Shown one piece after another: positions 24,926 through 38,672 of a stretch of 64,000 nt of DNA. Where the stretch lies: the NCBI RefSeq assembly GCF_016432865.1, contig NC_067400.1, positions 246,140,001 to 246,204,000 of the forward strand. Direction: 5' to 3'. The position numbers were made by a program, and so were the translations under genes. A model generated the notes under the pieces. It had not been told where the DNA came from. It was given only the letters and a program-made list of their open reading frames with translations, and searched no databases. This DNA comes from Antechinus flavipes. Taxonomy: Eukaryota. How positions within the stretch are numbered: position 1 is the first letter of the stretch; every line of letters begins with the position of its first letter.

Positions 24926-26069
24926 ATCCCTTGTTTAGCTGAATTTCACCATTTTGTTATCATGTAGTGCTCTAAAGATTTAGAGCACAGAATAAGTGAA
25001 TGTTCTACTACCAAAATTACACAAGAAAGACATATACTTAGTCTGAAAGTTGTTATGAAACCTCTCATTTTCAGGGGGCCCATTTCTTCTAACCAACTCC
25101 ACAACTTGACATATTCCCTTCTCCTTAGCCAAGACAAAAATCAATTTATGTAGGGGAAATGCCAATTGAATTTCCTTAGGGATCCTTCCCCTAGGAAACA
25201 AAAAGAATAGATCTAATACCTATAACTATGTTGTGACCATTAAAACACATTAAGAGAGTTAGGACAGCCACCTAAATGTCCTTTAACCCCAAGAGTCCCA
25301 GTTTCTTTAAATGAATTGCTCAGGCTTTGAACTGGAAGCCCTTCTATTCCCTGGTCTGGACTCCACTGGATGTTCTCCAGCTTAGTGAAAAACTAACCAT
25401 GCACTAAGCAATCCACCATCATTTCATTTCCTGAGTTTTTGTTTCTTCTGTTCCCTTTTTGCAACCTCATGTCACAATGTGATTACTGGTTGTCATATAA
25501 CATTTATTTGGGCTTCCTTATCCTTTAGTGTGCTGCTGTGAGAGGTTCAAAGTTAGAAGGAGACAAGAATTACTTATTGCTGTCCTATTCACCTTGAGTT
25601 TATTTTTCTCCTGTTCAATTAAAATCTTTCTAAGATGCTCCACAACCAGGGAATTATAGACTGACTTCTTTGCACAACCTTTGTTCACATCTGCTCTCTG
25701 ATTGAATCTTGGATTGGATTCTCACCCAGATCCCTTCTCTACTCTGCTACACAAGGGATTTTTTTTAAGATGTTTACATTCTTTTTTATATTTAAAACTT
25801 AAATAGAAAATTTGAAAAAATGAAATAGAAAAAAAACAGAAAAATAGAAAACTGTCATATGCAGAGCAGAACATAAGAGAGGATTCAAAATGTTCAAATA
25901 AATTTCCATTTCAAGAAAGTGTTATAATGATAAAGTACAATGTATTCAGAACTGTAAATCTTTGCTTTCTTGTAGGTTTTGTTTTTTTCTCTATTATTCA
26001 CTTTTTACTTTATTTTTGTTTCTCCCCTTTCTCTCCTCCACTTCCCCCAAGTAGAATGTAGATAAGCAC

Positions 26070-26212
26070 NNNNNNNNNNNNNNNNNNNNNNNNNNNNNNN
26101 NNNNNNNNNNNNNNNNNNNNNNNNNNNNNNNNNNNNNNNNNNNNNNNNNNNNNNNNNNNNNNNNNNNNNNNNNNNNNNNNNNNNNNNNNNNNNNNNNNNN
26201 NNNNNNNNNNNN
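26070..26212. other. Assembly gap (143 N)
   Basis: Run of N. Confidence 1.
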
Positions 26213-27365
26213 TAGGTATATGCATTCTCTCATTTTTTTATCCCTGCTAATTCTTCTACTTTACATCTACCCACTGGCTTGCCTTGCTATTACTTAATCT
26301 CCCTCCCCACTCCAAGGATTCTTCTTGTATCCTCTCCTTCCACCCTTTCCTTAACTCTTTATTCCTTTTCCATTAATCTACACACCTTATCCCTCTCCAT
26401 TTAGTCTATACATTCTTCTGTACATTTCCCTATCCCATCTCCCTTCCCTCTCATTTCTTTATAGATTTTGGAAGGTATTACCAACCTCCTTCCCCATATA
26501 ATTACTCTGTCTCCTCTCACACCTTATTTGTATAGCATAATTACTTTTTTTTTTTTTTTTACTTTTTTCTACATGGTTTTGCTTTTTAGAATCATATCAT
26601 ACTTAGCTTTATGTAAATCTTTCTTTTGTATTAACCAATTATTAAGCATAATCTTAGACATTTGGTTTGTATTTCTACATATAAAACAATCAATTTGTCT
26701 TTATTGAGTCCCTTGAAATTATTCTTTGATATCAGCACTTATAGGTCAAATTTTTTATTGGGTTCAGGTTTCAAAGTCCTGAAAATCTGACAATTCATTA
26801 AATGTCCTTTCTTTTCATTCAGTGTTATACTTAATTTTGCTGTATAGAATATTTTCAGTCAAAAATCCAGCAGTTCTTGTATTGTAACTGCTTAATGGTC
26901 TTATGTGATTTTAATTGTAGCTCCAATATATTTGAATTGTCTTCTTCTTCTTGTCGTTGCTTGTAAGATTCTCTCTTTGATCTGGAAGCTTCAAAATTTA
27001 GCAAAGATGTTCATGTATGTTTTCTTTGTTAGATCTCTTTCAGGTAGTGAACAGTGGATATTTTTTTTGTACTTCAACCTTCCCCTCTTGTTCTATCACC
27101 TCAGGATATTTTTCTTTAATTATTTTCTCTATTATTGTATCAAGGTTCAATTTTTCTTCACAGTTTTCAGGTAGTCAATCATTTTTATGTTTTCTTTTCT
27201 TGATCTGTACTCCAAATCTGTTGTCTTCTTTTTTTTAATTTTTTAACGTTCTTTTCTACTTGCATTCTTTATATTTTGTTTTATTACTTGTTAGTCTCTT
27301 TTGACTTCACTGGCTTCCCTTTGCCCAGTTCAAATTTTCAAAGAGTCATTTTCTTTCTTAAGACT

Positions 27366-28210
27366 GTATGGGATCTCCCACACTAATACATTGTTGGTGG
27401 AGTAATGAATGGATCCAGCCATTCTTGAGAGCAATTTGGAACTATGTTCAAAAAGTTATCAAACTGTGCATACCCTTTGACTCACCAATGTTTCTATTGG
27501 GCCTATATCCCAAAGAGATCTTAAAGGAAGGAAAGGGACCCACATGTGCAAAAATGTTTGTGGCAGCTCTTTTCATAGTGGCAAAAAACTAGAAACTGAG
27601 TGGATACCCATCAGTTGGAGAATGGCTGAATAAGTTATGGTATATGAATGCCATGGAATATTATTGTTCTATAAGAAACGATCAGCAGGATGATTTTCAG
27701 AGAGGCCTGGAGACACTCACATGAACTGATATTAAGTGAAATGATCAGAACCAGGAGATCATTGTACATGGCAACATCAATATTATATGACAATCAGTTC
27801 TGATGAATGTGACTCTTCCAACAATGAGATGATGGATGCCAGTTCCAATGATCTTGTGATGAAGAGAGCCATTTATACCCAAAGAGAGGACTGTGGGAAC
27901 TGAATGTAGATCACAACATAATATTCTTACTCTTCTTGTTGTTGTTCACTTGCATTTTTTCTTATTCATTTACTTTCTTTTTGACCTGATTTTCTTATGT
28001 AGCAAGAGAATTGTATAATTATATTTATACATTTGGATTTAACATATATTTTAATATGTTTAACATATATTGGATTGCTTGCCATCTAGGAGAGAGTGTG
28101 GGGAAAAGGAGAATAAAATCTAAAACACAAGGCTATGTAAGTGTCAAAATTGTCAAATTATCCATGCATATGTTTTGAAAATTAAAAGCTTTATTAAAAA
28201 AAAATAAAAA
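27366..28210 (+). mobile_element. Nested L1 3' fragment
   Basis: ORF 27368-27592 is L1 ORF2 C-terminal (LIHCWWS...LLGLYPKE) followed by 3' UTR and A-tail. Confidence 0.88.
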
Positions 28211-28915
28211 GACTAGATCTCCCAGTAGTGTCTCTATTGAATCTGTATCCCAAGGAGATCATAAAAGAGGGAAAAAGACCCACAAGTGCAAAAAATGTTT
28301 GTAACAGCCTTTTTGTAACAGCAAGGAACTGGAAACTGAGTGGATGCCCATCAGTTGGGAAATGGCTAAATAAGTTATGGTATATAAATGTAATGGAATA
28401 TTATTGTTCTATAAGAAATGATGAGCAGACTGATTTTAGAAAAGCCTGGAAAGACTCACATGAACTGATGCTAAATGAAAAGAGCAGAACCAAGAGAATA
28501 TTGTACATAGTTACAACAATATTATGTAATGAACAACTGTGATAGACTCAGCTTTTTTCAACAAATGATTCTAATAGACTTGTAATAGAAAGTACCATCC
28601 ACATCCAGAGAGAGAACTATGGAGACTGAATGTGCATCAAAACTATTTTTATCTTTTTGTTGTTGCTGCTGTTTGTTTGCTTTTTTCCCTTTCTTATGTT
28701 TTTCCCTTTTGCTCTGATTTTTTTTTATTCAGCATAATGAGTATGGAAATATGTTTAAAAGAACTCCACATGTTTAACCTTATTGGATGAATTGCTGTCT
28801 TAGGGAGTGAGGAGGAAGGGAGGAGAAGGAAAAAAGAATTGAAAAATAAAGTTTAATAAAGGTGAATATTGAATGTATTTGTACTTGAAAAAAATAAAAT
28901 GCTATTTTTGAAAAA
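28211..28915 (+). mobile_element. Second nested L1 3' fragment
   Basis: ORF 28228-28542 is L1 ORF2 C-terminal (LYPKEII...WLNKLWY) followed by 3' UTR. Confidence 0.85.
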
Positions 28916-29099
28916 GACTGGATTTTTTTTTAATGATTGACTTTGTTTTCATAATTTTCTTGTTTTTCTTGTATTGTTCTCATTTTTTTAGTTTTTCCTC
29001 AACTTCTCTAATTTTATTTTTAATGTCCTTTTTAAAGTTCTTCTATGAATTCTCTTCAGGCAGGTAACCATGTGATGTTACTTTTTGGGGTAGGAAAAG

Positions 29100-29515
29100 C
29101 TTTTTTTATTTTTTTTATTTTATTAAAGCTTTTTATGTACAAAACAATGCATGGGTAATTTTTCAACACTGACCCTTGCAAAACCTTCTGTACCAAATTT
29201 TCCCCTCCCTCCCTCCATCCTCTCCCCTAGATGGCAGGTAGTCCAATACATGTTAAATATGNNNNNNNNNNNNNNNNNNNNNNNNNNNNNNNNNNNNNNN
29301 NNNNNNNNNNNNNNNNNNNNNNNNNNNNNNNNNNNNNNNNNNNNNNNNNNNNNNNNNNNNNNNNNNNNNNNNNNNNNNNNNNNNNNNNNNNNNNNNNNNN
29401 NNNNNNNNNNATCAAATTAAGAAGGAAAAAACTAAGAAAGAAAACAAAATGCAAGCGAACAACAACAGAAAGAGTGAAAATGCTACATTGTGTTCCACAC
29501 TCAGTTCCCATAGAG
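29100..29515 (-). mobile_element. L1 3' end, reverse strand, spanning a gap
   Basis: Poly-T followed by 'aaagctttttat...acccttgcaaaacc...agatggcagg'. Confidence 0.85.
29262..29410. other. Assembly gap (149 N)
   Basis: Run of N. Confidence 1.
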
Positions 29516-31262
29516 AATACCTTTTTTTATTCCAGTATTCTAAAAATGAGATCTAGTCTTCCCTATTCCCCTAGTAACTTTCTATAGTTGGGTTTTGCCT
29601 ATTCATCTTTAAAAAAATAAAAGCTTTTTAGTATAATCACCACTAGTCCTGGTGAGGGGTGGAGGTGAATAATGTTTCTGGCTTCAGATCTTTCTGCTCT
29701 TCTCTCTGGAAGTCAAAACCCCAAACTCCATCCTCCTGTAAATGCCCACTGCTAGCAGCTTCCCTGCCCTATTGCTTTTGCACTCCCTGGGCATATGCTT
29801 GTTCCTTCTTAGTCAGGGCTGAGATTAATAGCACAGCTGATCTTGACATTCCCTATCACAGAGGTTCCCTCAATCTTCTTCTTCCCCTCAGACTTGCAAT
29901 TCTTCCTACTGTTCTGACCCAAGTAGCTTCAGGGATCCTCACTTGCTGTTTCAGCAGAGCTGCCCTGAAGATATTTACACTTCACACTAACCAAACCTCT
30001 GTCCTAGTTGTCCCAATAGGAACCACTGTTCTGTCCTTGCCCTTAATTATTTTTTCACCTTTTCACACATCTATGTTCATCCTAAGACACAGTTTTGTTT
30101 TGTTTGTGGGAGAAATCTAAAGAACTTGGAATTGTCTGATATATTCCATCACTTTCCCATAATCTTCTCTCCCAAAAAAATTTTCCTAAAGCTTTCTTTT
30201 GACTCCTAGGCCACATATGATAAATTCTTCTTGCTTCCTATTTTGTGTTGATTTAAATAGAGACATTCTGTTAGGTATGTCTACATCCCTAGTCTTGGTG
30301 TACTTTATTGCCTTACCCATATTTCATAGTCCTGCCTATGCTGACCTACTCTTGTTCCTCAGATAAAATACTACTTGCTCCTCCTTCTGCTTGCCTTTGC
30401 ACTGGCTAACTGTCCACTTTGCCCAGAATCCTCTCCTCTTTTTGCCTCTCCCACTTTACCTTCCCTGGTCCAAAAGAGTCTTAGCCCTAGTAGGACTTAT
30501 GCCACATAATCTATCTTTTTATTATGATGATTTGTGCCTTTCTTCTGAGATCTCCTCTGAAAGATTCTCTTTGTCTTACACAAGTACCTTGTTTTCATAT
30601 CCTCAGGGGTTTTGGAACTGCCAAATATAGGAACTTTTAAAACATTTCTTTATAGCCCCAGGCATGAGCACAGTGACTGGTACAGTGCAAACACTAGGGA
30701 CCCAGTTGGTACTTGAATTGATTTTGGAATTGTTTGATTGATGCATTCATATACCTGTGCCCAGTCACCATCTCACTTTCAATCTAAAACTAGTGTACTT
30801 ATGTCACTTAAGTCTCAAGAAACACTTTATAGAAGAGACAGGATTCAAATATCTGAATCAAAATCTGAATACCAGTGGAAAGTATGATGGAAAGAAATCA
30901 ATGTCATTTAACTGAGGTCTGCCTTGAAGCTTAAGGAGAGCATCACCCACACTAAACACATAGACCTTGGCAATACTACAGTCATGTGTTATTACAAAAA
31001 TGAGATCATAGCATAATCTTCTCAGAAAAAGAGTAGATCAAGAGAAAACAACCTTAATGAGCTAGGGGAATTGTTAGGGACCAAAGAAAGACAAGAATGT
31101 GATTTTGCCCTGGCAATTTGTTTAATGGGAATTATGCAATTCTGGAAGGATTCTCTGCAATACCTCCTACTGGAATTGTATAAACATCCTTGTGAAGCCC
31201 GTGCTGCACAAATGCATGCAAACCAAATCTTGTCATCATCTAAATCCTTGAATCTTGACACC

Positions 31263-31460
31263 ATGAGCTACTGTGGCAGTTACTGTGGGGGTCTGGGCTA
31301 TGGTTATGGCTCTGGTTATAGCTGTAGATGTGGCAGCTTCTGTGAGCTAGACTATGGCTATAGTGGTTATGACTATGGAGGCTTGGGCTATGGTGGCTAT
31401 GGCTATGGCTGCTGCTGTCCTTCTTATTGTGGAAGATATTATTCTTCTGGCTTCTACTGA
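31263..31460 (+). CDS. KRTAP19-like: K6: degenerating high Gly/Tyr KRTAP, 65 aa ORF (possible incipient pseudogene)
   Basis: [31 protein letters not shown]...[16 protein letters not shown]; TATA variant TATAAAC (31179), uORF 31216-31251, poly(A) signal AATGAA (31781). Confidence 0.72.
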   Translation: MSYCGSYCGGLGYGYGSGYSCRCGSFCELDYGYSGYDYGGLGYGGYGYGCCCPSYCGRYYSSGFY

Positions 31461-32004
31461 AAAACCACCTTCTCCTGCAGCATCATGGAATCCTTGTCTG
31501 ACCAAGCTTGGGATAATTTCCATAGCATTATAAAATATCACATTTCATCTGCTTCTACAGCAAAGTGACATAGGAAAGATACTACAAGAGGGTCTTGGAA
31601 TCTCCATGGAACAATCAAGGGTGTGAAGTGGCAGGGACCAAGAAGCAGCAGGATCCATCCTTCGGGGAAATGATGCAGAATTTTGCATTTCATGAGGGAG
31701 ATTCCTCCAACAATAATTCATTCCCAGCAAGTTTGCTCAGCTCTGATAGACCATGGGTGAGGTGTCTGTTACAATGTTCTAATGAACCTTTTTCAGTCAC
31801 TGACTTATCAAAATTCTTTTAACCTGTCCTCCTTGACTTCACTATACTTGGGTTTTAAATTGAAAAGGTTTTTAATTTTAACCTATTCTTGAATGTCTTT
31901 GCAAAAGTTTTATTCTCCAAATCATCTTTTGCAAAGAAATGATACCTCTCTAGATTTCTATTGAAAAAAAATTTTTTTTGCAAAATTAATACTTTTAATT
32001 ATAT

Positions 32005-32772
32005 TAAATTAAAAAAGGTTTTGTAAAAACAAAACTAATGCAGCCAAGATTAGAAGGGAAGCAGAAAACTGGGGGTGGGGGGAGAAATTTTTACATCCAA
32101 GGGCCTCATTTCTAAAATATATAGGGAGTTGACTCAAATTTATAAAAATGCAAGCCATTTTCCAACTGATAAATAAAAGGATATGAAAAAACAATTCAGA
32201 TGAAGAAATTAAAGCCATTTCTCATCATATGGAAAAAATGCTCTAAATCACTATTGATTTTTTAAATGAAAATTAAGATAATTCTGAGGTATCACTTCAT
32301 ACCTTTCAGACTGGCTAAGATTACAGGAAAAGGTAATAATAAATGTTGGAGAGGATTGTACATAGCAACAACAAGATTACATGTTAATCAACTATGATGG
32401 ACTTGGCTCTTTTCAACAATGAGGTGATTCAGGCTAATTTCAATAGATTTGTGATGGAAAGAGCCATCTGCACACAGATAGAAGACTATGGGGATCACAA
32501 CATAGCATTTTCACTTTTTGTTCTTGTTTGCTTATTTGCTTTTTTTCTTTCTCACATTTTTCTTTTTGATCTGATTTTTCTTCTGCAGCAAGATAATTGT
32601 AGAAATATATTTAGGAGAATTGTACATGTTTCACCTATATTGGATTAGTTGCTGATAGGGAAGAAAGGAGGAGGAAGGAAGGGAAAAAATTGAAACATAA
32701 GATTTTGCAAGGGTGAATATTAAAAACTCTCTTTGCATGTATTTTGAAAAATAAAAAGCTATTTTAAAAAAA
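32005..32772 (+). mobile_element. L1 3' fragment with internal deletion
   Basis: ORF2-end sequence ('ttctgaggtatcacttcatacct', 'aaatgttggagagga') joined to 3' UTR and A-tail. Confidence 0.85.
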
Positions 32773-35021
32773 CTTACTTTTCCCTTGTTACAAGGCTTTC
32801 TAAGATTTGACTTCTATAATATTTACATTTGAGTACCTCATACTACTCAACTCCAACTTTATCAAAGTTAAGATATTTGTCCCTATAACCAGTGATATTT
32901 CCACTATATTCTCTATGCACAAGGACATTTTTATCTTCAAGATCTCAAAAAGATTTAAATGTTCAGAGCCTCAAGTTCATGATTCATAACTTCCAGATCC
33001 AGGGTATCCCTGATAACTGTCAGAATTTGGCTTGGTTTATCCTTTTCTAAATCACTTCCATCAATTTGTTATCACCAAGTAACTTGAAATTTTGTAGCAC
33101 ATTACAAGTAAATAGCATATCACAAGAATTGTAAAAGACCATCATATATTTTCTGTAAGTTATCATGGAAACTTTGCTTTTCTTTGGGTACTATCTCTGG
33201 TACTACATTATTAATTTATTTGACAATACTAACTGCAAACTGAGGTCAATCTATTCAAAGGAGTAGTAGACTTCTTGTTGCATAGGTGCCCTGCAAATCA
33301 TTCAAATATCTGAACTTTCCAATCAACTTAACTCCCAGGAAAAGAAAGCTTCTGCTTTGTTGTTCCATAAATAAAACTCAGGTCTTTAAATTTCTCAGCT
33401 CCATAGACCCACAATTTCACTGTATTTATGTGCTTCAGATAAGTTCTTGGGAATAAAACCAGAGTTTAGCACTCTACCTGGGACATAGAGTAGGGGATGT
33501 TAATAAATGATTATTGATTAAATTTTTGTCTCAGACAATGGAGGAAACAGTACAAACATTATTAAAATAATATTTTATCCCTCCTGCTGTTTGCTAGCTT
33601 AATAAATTTCTGTTACTAATTATCCTTTCTAGGTATCATTTGCCATTCATAAAAAGCCTGTTTTTTGACAGAAGTGTTGTCAGCAGTCTCATTTTGTATA
33701 ATCCACCCAAAACACATCTCCAAATGATTCGACAATCCTTTGCCATAAAACATTGTATAGAGGTTAATTCATTGGAAATTAATCCTTCGGGAAGATTATC
33801 ATTCTGCTCTTATACAGCTCTCATTGAGCAAAGAATATTTCATTCTCTTTATCAAAGTTGATATTCTGTTTATAGGGTAAATTGTCACCTCTGGATCCAA
33901 ATTCTCCCTCCTAGGTATAAATAGAATAGATCTAGTCTATATTTTACATAGTAGCCACTAAAGCACCTTAAGAAAATTAGTATCACTCTCTGATTACTTT
34001 AAGTCCAAAAATTCCAGTTCTTTCAAGTGAAGTACTAGAGTTTGAGCTGAAGACCCTTCTACCAAAATGTTTGGACTTCTCTGGATGGTCTCCAGCTTAA
34101 CCAAAGAGCAGCCATGAACTGATCAGTGAAGATTACATTCAGATCATCACCTCCATTTTCACAACTTCTAGTCTTTTATGCTAACCTTATACAATCTCAA
34201 GGTCACAATGGGATTTCAGGTTGTCCTGTGACATCCTATTGGGCTCCTTATTTTTTGACATGCAGTTGTGAGAAGATTGGAAGCTGGGAGGAGAGAGGAA
34301 ACACTTATTGTTATAGGAAACTCTTTGAGTTTATTTTTCTCCTTATCAGAAGTTTTTCTGAGAGGCTTCACAACCAAAGAACTATAGCCTTCTCTGTTCT
34401 CCTCAACAATTTCGTCATTAGTCACCTCTTCATCTGCCATGCGCTCAGTTTCCTTTCCTATGATACTTATTACGTTATCTCTAAGTCTAGTCTAGCATTT
34501 TTCCTTAACTCATTTATTTAGCTCTTGTCTACCCATGCCGAGATTTCATATTCCTACCCAAGCTCATATTATCAGCACCTCCCAGTATTTCTACATTGAA
34601 AAGATCTAATGGCTATACTGCATTCATTAGTGATCCCTAGAGGCTTTTGTGATCTCTGGATGCTCTCCTTTCACTTATTTTGAAAACCCTTCAAATCAAG
34701 TTCCTGACCCCAAATTTCAAAAGAAACTAGTCTCTCTCTCTCTCCAAAGTGCTTAATAGAGTGCTCATAACTTAAATTAATAGCTTCTTCTTGATCTTCC
34801 TTCACTTTTTGACACTGATGACCAAATTATGCTCATGGGGATCCTTAACACTTCATGTCCAGCCTGACTGTTTCTTCTTAGTTGCTTTAAACAACCTACT
34901 CTCATATCATTTCAGACCCACTGTTTCTGCCTCAACCTCAATCTTTTCTCTTTTTTTCCCTAGATTATTCTTTTTTGAAGGATGAGAGAATAGGTCCTTA
35001 GGATCCATACTTTAAGTATTC

Positions 35022-35237
35022 TTATCTTAAGGATCTTTTTCTCTTGTGCAGCATGATAAATGTGGAAATATGTTTAGAAGAATTGCATATGTTTAATCTA
35101 TACTGGATTATTTGTTGTCTAGGGGAGGAAAAAGAAGGGAGGAAGAAAAAATTGGAACTCAAAATTTTGCAAGGGTGAACGTTGAAAACTATCTTTGTAT
35201 TTTGAAAATAAAAAAACATTATCAAAAAATACCAAAA
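35022..35237 (+). mobile_element. L1 3' UTR fragment
   Basis: 'cttgtgcagcatgataaatgtggaaatatg...ttttgcaagggtgaacgttgaaaact'. Confidence 0.8.
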
Positions 35238-38200
35238 AGGGAAATTTTTCCAAGATGGTGGAGAGGATACACACATCTTGCTCTCAGAAAATTTTTTTCA
35301 TAATAAGACCTCGGAATTAGTGCTTGACTGAAAAAAAAAACCCACAAATACTTACCAACAGATGTCCTTGAAATTCACCAGAAAAGGTCTGTTTTTGTTT
35401 GCAGGGATGGTTAGATCAGGCACAGACTGAAGGTAGGCAGTGACAGAGCAGCAGACAGTGAGAGTATGGAAGATAGCTCACACTGAGCAGACCAGAAAGG
35501 GGTGGGGTGTGATCTCAGCCATTTCTGTGGAGAGAATTTTACCACAGTGTGGCTATTTTGCCCTGGCAGCAAACCAGTAGAGCAACAGAGTAGCTATCAC
35601 AGGGGGTAAAGACTATAACCCCAAAAAGCTAGGATCTCTCGGACCTGGCCACACCCACTTGGAGTGTCTCAGTATGCTCTCAAAGTCTCAGAGTGTAGAG
35701 TCAGTAAAACCATTGCTGTCCAGCTAGTGCCTTACTGCTGACCCCTGCAGTTTGTAGAGGAAGCTCGGTAATACCATCAAGCCCCCTCCGCACTCCCCGC
35801 CCCCCCCCCAAAAAAAAAGCAGACTGCATTTTGTTGTTGTTTTTGTTGTTAGTTTGCTTTCTTTGGTTCTTCTTTGACAAAATGAGCAAAAAATTGAAAC
35901 AGGCTCTAATTATTGATAGCTTCTATATGGATAAAGAGCAGACTTTAAACCCTGAGGAAACTAAAAATAGACTGTCTCCAGATGAATCTCCAAAGGGGGT
36001 TATGATCTAATTCTCAACACATAAGACTCTCATAGAAGAAATTAAAAAGGCTCTCACAAGAGAGCTAGAAGAAAAATGGGAAAAGGAAAGGGAAGTTTGG
36101 CAAGAGGGTCTGGATAAGTCATCCCACTCATTTAAAGATAGAGTGGATAAAGAAATCAAATCCTTGAAAAGCAGAATTAGTGAATTGGAAAAGGTAAACA
36201 ATTTCAAGGAAAACAGAATCAGTGAATTGGAAAAAGAAAATTACTCCAGTAATGAATTGAACCAGCTACACCCAGCGAAAGAACTCTGGGAGATGACTAA
36301 GAACCATTACATAGAATTCCCAATTCCTATATTTTTGCCCGTCTGTATTTTTTATTTCCTTCACAGGATAATTGTACAATATTTTAGAGTCTGATTCTTT
36401 TTGCACAGCAAAATAGTTTGGACTAATAATTGTACTCACACCCAGGTTGATGATTTGTTACAGGTGTGTTTTTCTAGGGAAAAAGATGAATATTCAATGA
36501 AATAGGTGAATTTCATCTATTTTTGATGAAAAAAAACAGAACTAAAAAAAAGTTTGATCTCCAACTATAAGACTCAAGAGAAACCTAAAAAGGTAAAAAG
36601 AAAATTTGGGAACTATATTTCTGCTATAAAGATATATAAAGAACACATGTATAATTTGTTCTAGAAACTAAAGATGGAAAGGAAATTATACCCGGAAAAG
36701 GGTAAAGTTGGGGTACTACATCTCACAAAGAGGCAGAGGAAACCTATTATATCTGAGAGAAAGAAGGGAGGAAGATTTAAGCCAGAATTGGCTTAAAGAG
36801 AAAAATATTAAACATATTCAATTTATGGTGAAACTTCTCCCACCACATTGCAAAGTGGGAGGAGGGAAATGAAAAGGGAAGGAGTAAGTTAAGTGGAAGG
36901 GAATACAGAAATTGTGAGGAAAGGGGGTAAGAAAGGGGGAGGAACTCTAAGTGGGGAGAGGCACACTAAAAAGGGAGAGCTATGAGAAGCAAGTGGTGTT
37001 CACAAGTTCAAAACTGGGGAGGGAGATAAGGGAGAAGGAAAGGACAAAAGCTTAAGCAAGGGTTAATAAGATGGCAAGTAATACAGAATTAGTAATTTTA
37101 ACCATAAATGTGAATGGGGTAAACTCCCCCATAAAGAGGAAGCAGTTAACAGACTGGATTAAAAGCCAGAGTGCTACAATATGTTGTTTACAGGAAACAC
37201 ATCTGAAGCAGGGTGATACATACAGAGTAAAGGTAAAAGGCTGGAGAAGAATCTACTATGTTTCAGGTGAAGTCAAAAAAGCAGGGCTAGCCATCCTGAT
37301 CTCAGATCAAGCAAAAACAAAAACTGATCTAATTAAAAGAGATAAGGAAGGGCACTATATCTTGCTAAAGGGTACCATAGATAATGAAGCGATATCAATA
37401 TTAAACATATATGCACCAAGTGGTGTAGCATCTAAATTCTTAAAAGAGAAATTAAGAGAGCTGCAAAAAGAAATAGATAGTAAAACTATAATAGTGGAAG
37501 ATCTCAACCTTGCACTCTCAGAACTAGATAAATCAAAGCACAAAATAAATAAGAAAGAAGTCAAAGAATTAAATAGAATACTAAGAAAGTTAGATATGAT
37601 AGAATTTTGGAGAAAACTAAATGGAGACAGAAAGGAGTATACTTTTTTCTCAGCAGTTCATGGAACCTATACAAAAACTGACCATATATTAGGACATAAA
37701 AACCTCAAATTCAAATGTAGAAAGGCAGAAATAGTAAGTGTATCCTTTTCATATCAAGATGCAATGAAAATTACACTCAATAAAAAGCCAGGGGAAAATA
37801 GACCAAAAAATAATTGGAAACTAAATAATCTCATCCTAAAGAAACGATTGGGTGAAACAGCAAATCATAGACATAATTAATTTGTTCTAGAACACCCAAG
37901 AAATGACAATAATGAGAATCATACCAAAATTTGTGGGATGCAGCCAAAGCAGTAATAAGGGGAAATTTTGTATCTCTAGAGGCCTACTTGCATAAAATAG
38001 AGAAAGAGAAGGTTAATGAATTGGGCTTGCCATTAAAAATGCTAGAAAAGGAACAAATTAAAAACCCCCAGTCAAACACTAAATTTGAAATTCTAAAAAT
38101 AAAAGGAGAGATTAATAAAATTAAAAGTAAAAAAAAAACTATTGAATTAATAAATAAAACTGAGTTGGTTCTATGAAAAAAAACCAACAAAACAGATAAA

Positions 38201-38672
38201 CCCTTGATAAATTTGATTAGAAAAAGGAAAGAGGAAAATCAAATTGTTAGTCTTAAAAATGAAAAGGGAGAACTTGCCACTAAGGAAGAGGAAATTAGAG
38301 CTATAATTAGAATTACTTTGGCCAACTTTATGCCAATAAATTTGATAACTTAAATGAAATCAATGAATACCTTCAAAAATATAAATTTCACAGATTAACA
38401 GAGGAAGAAGTAAATTGGTTAAACAGTCCCATTTTAGAAAAAGAAATAGTACAAGCTATAAATCAACTCCCTAAGGAAAAATCCCCAGGATCAGATGGAT
38501 TTACATGTGAATTCTACCAAACATTTAATGAACAATTAACTCCAATACCCCTTGAAAAAAATAGGGATTGAAGGAGTCCTACCAAATTCCTTTTATGACA
38601 AAGACATGGTACTGATACCTAAACCAGGTAGGTTGAAAAGAGAGAAAGAAAATTATAGACCCATCTCCCTAA
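35238..38672 (+). mobile_element. L1 with intact 5' end (5' UTR, broken ORF1, ORF2 start), truncated at the 3' side
   Basis: 5' 'ttccaagatggtggag', ORF1 remnants from about 35880, ORF2 from 37071; ends at 'tagacccatctccctaa' near the start of the RT region. Confidence 0.92.
37071..37880 (+). mobile_element. L1 ORF2 apurinic-like endonuclease domain, 269-aa open frame; frameshifts follow
   Basis: TINVNGVNSPIKRK...CCLQETHL...NIYAP...YTFFS...TDHILGH are L1 EN motifs. Confidence 0.95.

Larger units (their letters stand above)
25765..30120 (-). mobile_element. Old internally deleted L1 (3' UTR, ORF1, 5' UTR) carrying nested younger L1 pieces
   Basis: Reverse-strand L1-like sequence at about 25765-27365 resumes at about 28915 and again after about 29520; boundaries approximate. 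Confidence 0.65.

Noticed and set aside
25994-29587. ORFs containing X runs
   Set aside because: They are artefacts of reading through N gaps.
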